Below are positions 61,670 through 64,000 of a stretch of DNA of 64,000 nt, piece by piece (position 1 is the first letter of the stretch; each line of letters begins with the position of its first letter). The DNA comes from Camelus ferus (Eukaryota), in the NCBI RefSeq assembly GCF_009834535.1, contig NC_045696.1, positions 6,140,001 to 6,204,000 on the forward strand. The letters are read 5' to 3'. The notes beneath the pieces were generated by a model that was given only the letters and a program-made list of their open reading frames with translations, was not told the DNA's origin and searched no databases. Made by a program: the position numbers and the translations under genes.

Positions 61670-61800
61670 TTAATTCCTTTCAACCCAACTTAAAAAACAT
61701 TTATTCAATACCTCCCATGTGCCAGGCTCTGAGAGTACTAAGATAAATAGGATGAAACCAACCGCCAAGAATCGCACAGGCTGGCAGGAGGCAGAGACAG
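61670..61800 (-). mobile_element. L2 3' end
   Basis: aaacatttattcaatacctcccatgtgccaggctctg. Confidence 0.65.
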
Positions 61801-62464
61801 GCGCAACCAGCATCCCGTGCTGAGTTCCATGACGGAAGGGCGTGTGAGCTGGAGCGGGCCCAACGCAGCCCGGCCAGCGTGAGGGGCGGTGTGGGATGTG
61901 CCCACCACGGCCCCGTGCGACGCTTCCTTCCCCGTTCTTGCTGACGTTGGCGGACAGATGTGCACCCATGTTCTCAGTACCAGTGGGTCCGTGTGGCCCC
62001 GTGTGTGGTGCTTTGTGCCGGGTAGGGAGTGCTTTCTCCGACACCATTGGCCACGCAGTCCCGGTCACCCATGGGCTGACGCACGGGACACCAGCTGTGT
62101 CTTACCCTGACTTCCCGGGACTTCCTTCTGTGAGGGGAGAGGGTTGTGCTGTTTGCCTCGGTGGTGACGCTTGGAAGGGTGAGGCTCTCCTGGATGGCAG
62201 GGAACGCTGGGGCACTTTTAAACCACAAGTAACAGAGCAGCCACATTTGTTGTCACCAGCTGCCTCAACCGTCAGGCTGCAAGAGGACGAGGGCCCTGAA
62301 TCTCTCAAGGTCCCATTGTCCAGAGGTGGCCTTCTAGCTCATTCTGGGTTCTAAAGTCTAGTGCCAGCCATGCCTCCTGGGCCCTGGTCCACAGTCCGTT
62401 CTGCACCCGATGCTGGCAGGGTGAGGGTCAGGGTGCACACAGACCACAGACAATCCTTGTGAAG

Positions 62465-62980
62465 GTGATTTGTATGTTCCCATCAAAAGCAGACTTGAGA
62501 CAACGGTTTGGGTTCAAGCAGTTTATCTGGGAAGTGGTCCCAGCAGGGAAGAGTGAGAGAGTGGGGAAGGGGGACCAGGCATTGGTTTGCCACCACCCTC
62601 ACCCAATGAAAATTGATTTCCATTGAGGGGCAAACCAACGAAGAGAATAAAACGTGATTGGGGGGTTGGTTACTGGGCCAGGGGCCATAGGGGCCCAGTC
62701 CCCTGTGTCTCTATGTCTTTGAGCTGGGACACTGGTCCATCACCTGCCATCCCTCACGCTTGAGCACTGGACCTTTGTGCATTCCCGGCACTCCTGGGCT
62801 GCCTCGCACAAGGGCCGAGTGAGCTCTGGGGGCCCCAGAGAAGGTTTCTCAGAGCATCCAGAGATACTTGGACAGAAACTGAGGGCAGGTGAAGAAATGG
62901 TCCACCACCCTGCAGGTGAGCTCAGAGGGGCCAGGTGGGGTCCAGGGCAGGGCGCTGACTGCACTGCTCACAAGTAGCAC
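62465..62980 (-). mobile_element. ERVL LTR, LTR33/LTR41-like; right boundary uncertain
   Basis: aagcagacttgagacaacggtttgggttcaagcagtttatctgggaagtggtcccag. Confidence 0.6.
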
Positions 62981-64000
62981 CAGGAGGTGAGTTAAGTCAC
63001 AGCGAGTGCTCCGTGCGATCTGGGACGTGATGCTAAAGGCCCGTGAACCCACAGACATTTGGAGCGCTGTGCTCGGTGCTACAGAAATGAAAATGGTAGG
63101 CTGTGCAGAGGCAGAAAGGTTGGGGAGGACCCTGGGTAGACGAGAGCCTTGTGTAAGAAAGTGATGGGCACAAAGCCCGAAGGAAAACCTGGACCCAAAT
63201 TGTGGGAGACCCAAACACCTAGGACAGGGAGTCACAAATAATGCACAGCACAGCTGACGTGCTCAGAGAGAGGTGATTTCTTTCGTGACTCTGAGCTTCC
63301 TCCTCTGCCCCACCTGCTGGTTAGCAGGAAAAATATTTGTTTTATGAGCCGGTCTAGTTTAGAACTCCTAGTCTGGCCCAACAAGTTAAGCAGTTTCCTT
63401 CAGCAGGGTTAGGCCTCCCTGGTCTTCCCCAAATGGTGTCCAGGCGTGTGGGCCTGGGGTGTTCCATGGTGGCATCTCTCACATTCTCCACGGGCAAACA
63501 TCAGTTTCATTTTATTTCGTTTAACAATTTTCCAATGTGCTATTAATGGATATTTGGTAAAATATAAGAAAAGTAAGTTCCTAGGAAACATGAAATGAAA
63601 AAAGACAGATAAAATCCAAGCTCAAATTATCCTACTTAGATGGAGCAGACACAAAATTACTCTGTCGGGTTGCTATAGAAGTTTTCACATGGTCACTCTC
63701 AGTGTCTGGACTTAGGTGACAGTAACGGATTTCTCAGACTGGTACCCATCCAGGGACCACCCCTGGAGTAGCGCTGTCTCCTGGAAGAGCTGAGGTTCTC
63801 AGATGCCACGTCGTCAGGTTTCAGGGTAAGGTCCCTCATTCTCCTGGTTGCCACTCACCCTGCTGGCAACCTGGTGACTGAAGCCTGTGGCTGGTAGAAC
63901 ACTGCTGTCCAGGCCCCTTTGGGGCACCTCTGGGGCTTAGTCGCACCCTCCACCCATCCTACGAGCCCAGAAGTGGACTTCCAGCACTGACAGCGGCCTT

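Noticed and set aside
236..63591. The 60-172 aa ORFs as protein-coding genes
   Set aside because: No recognisable domain or coherent exon chain; they overlap on both strands, often lie in repeats and many use non-ATG starts

Overview
This is mammalian, repeat-rich non-coding DNA, not prokaryotic. A camelid origin (camel, alpaca or llama) is most likely, based on four tRNA-derived Vic-1-like SINEs and cetartiodactyl-type L1 3' ends. I find no supportable protein-coding gene. The ORF track is background, apart from L1 ORF2p C-terminal remnants. The window is a mosaic of young 5'-truncated L1s (several with clear target-site duplications), old L1M, L2, MIR and L3 fragments, MaLR/ERVL LTRs and DNA-transposon relics (Tigger1, MER81, MADE2, MER58, Charlie4, MER5). 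Unique, CpG-retaining blocks between the repeats look regulatory (about 5 kb, 24 kb, 27 kb, 49 kb, 57.5-58 kb and 61 kb). The best-supported structural curiosities are a twin-primed inverted L1, a probable L1 3' transduction, a two-LTR ancient MaLR element with a nested MLT2, and an internally deleted Tigger1. More speculative signals are a recursive-splice-site motif, a well-formed non-coding exon candidate, and TEAD, SMAD, ETS and CTCF motif clusters. Repeat subfamily names come from recalled consensus sequences, and old-element boundaries are approximate. I cannot establish a novel biological system or name the host locus from sequence alone.
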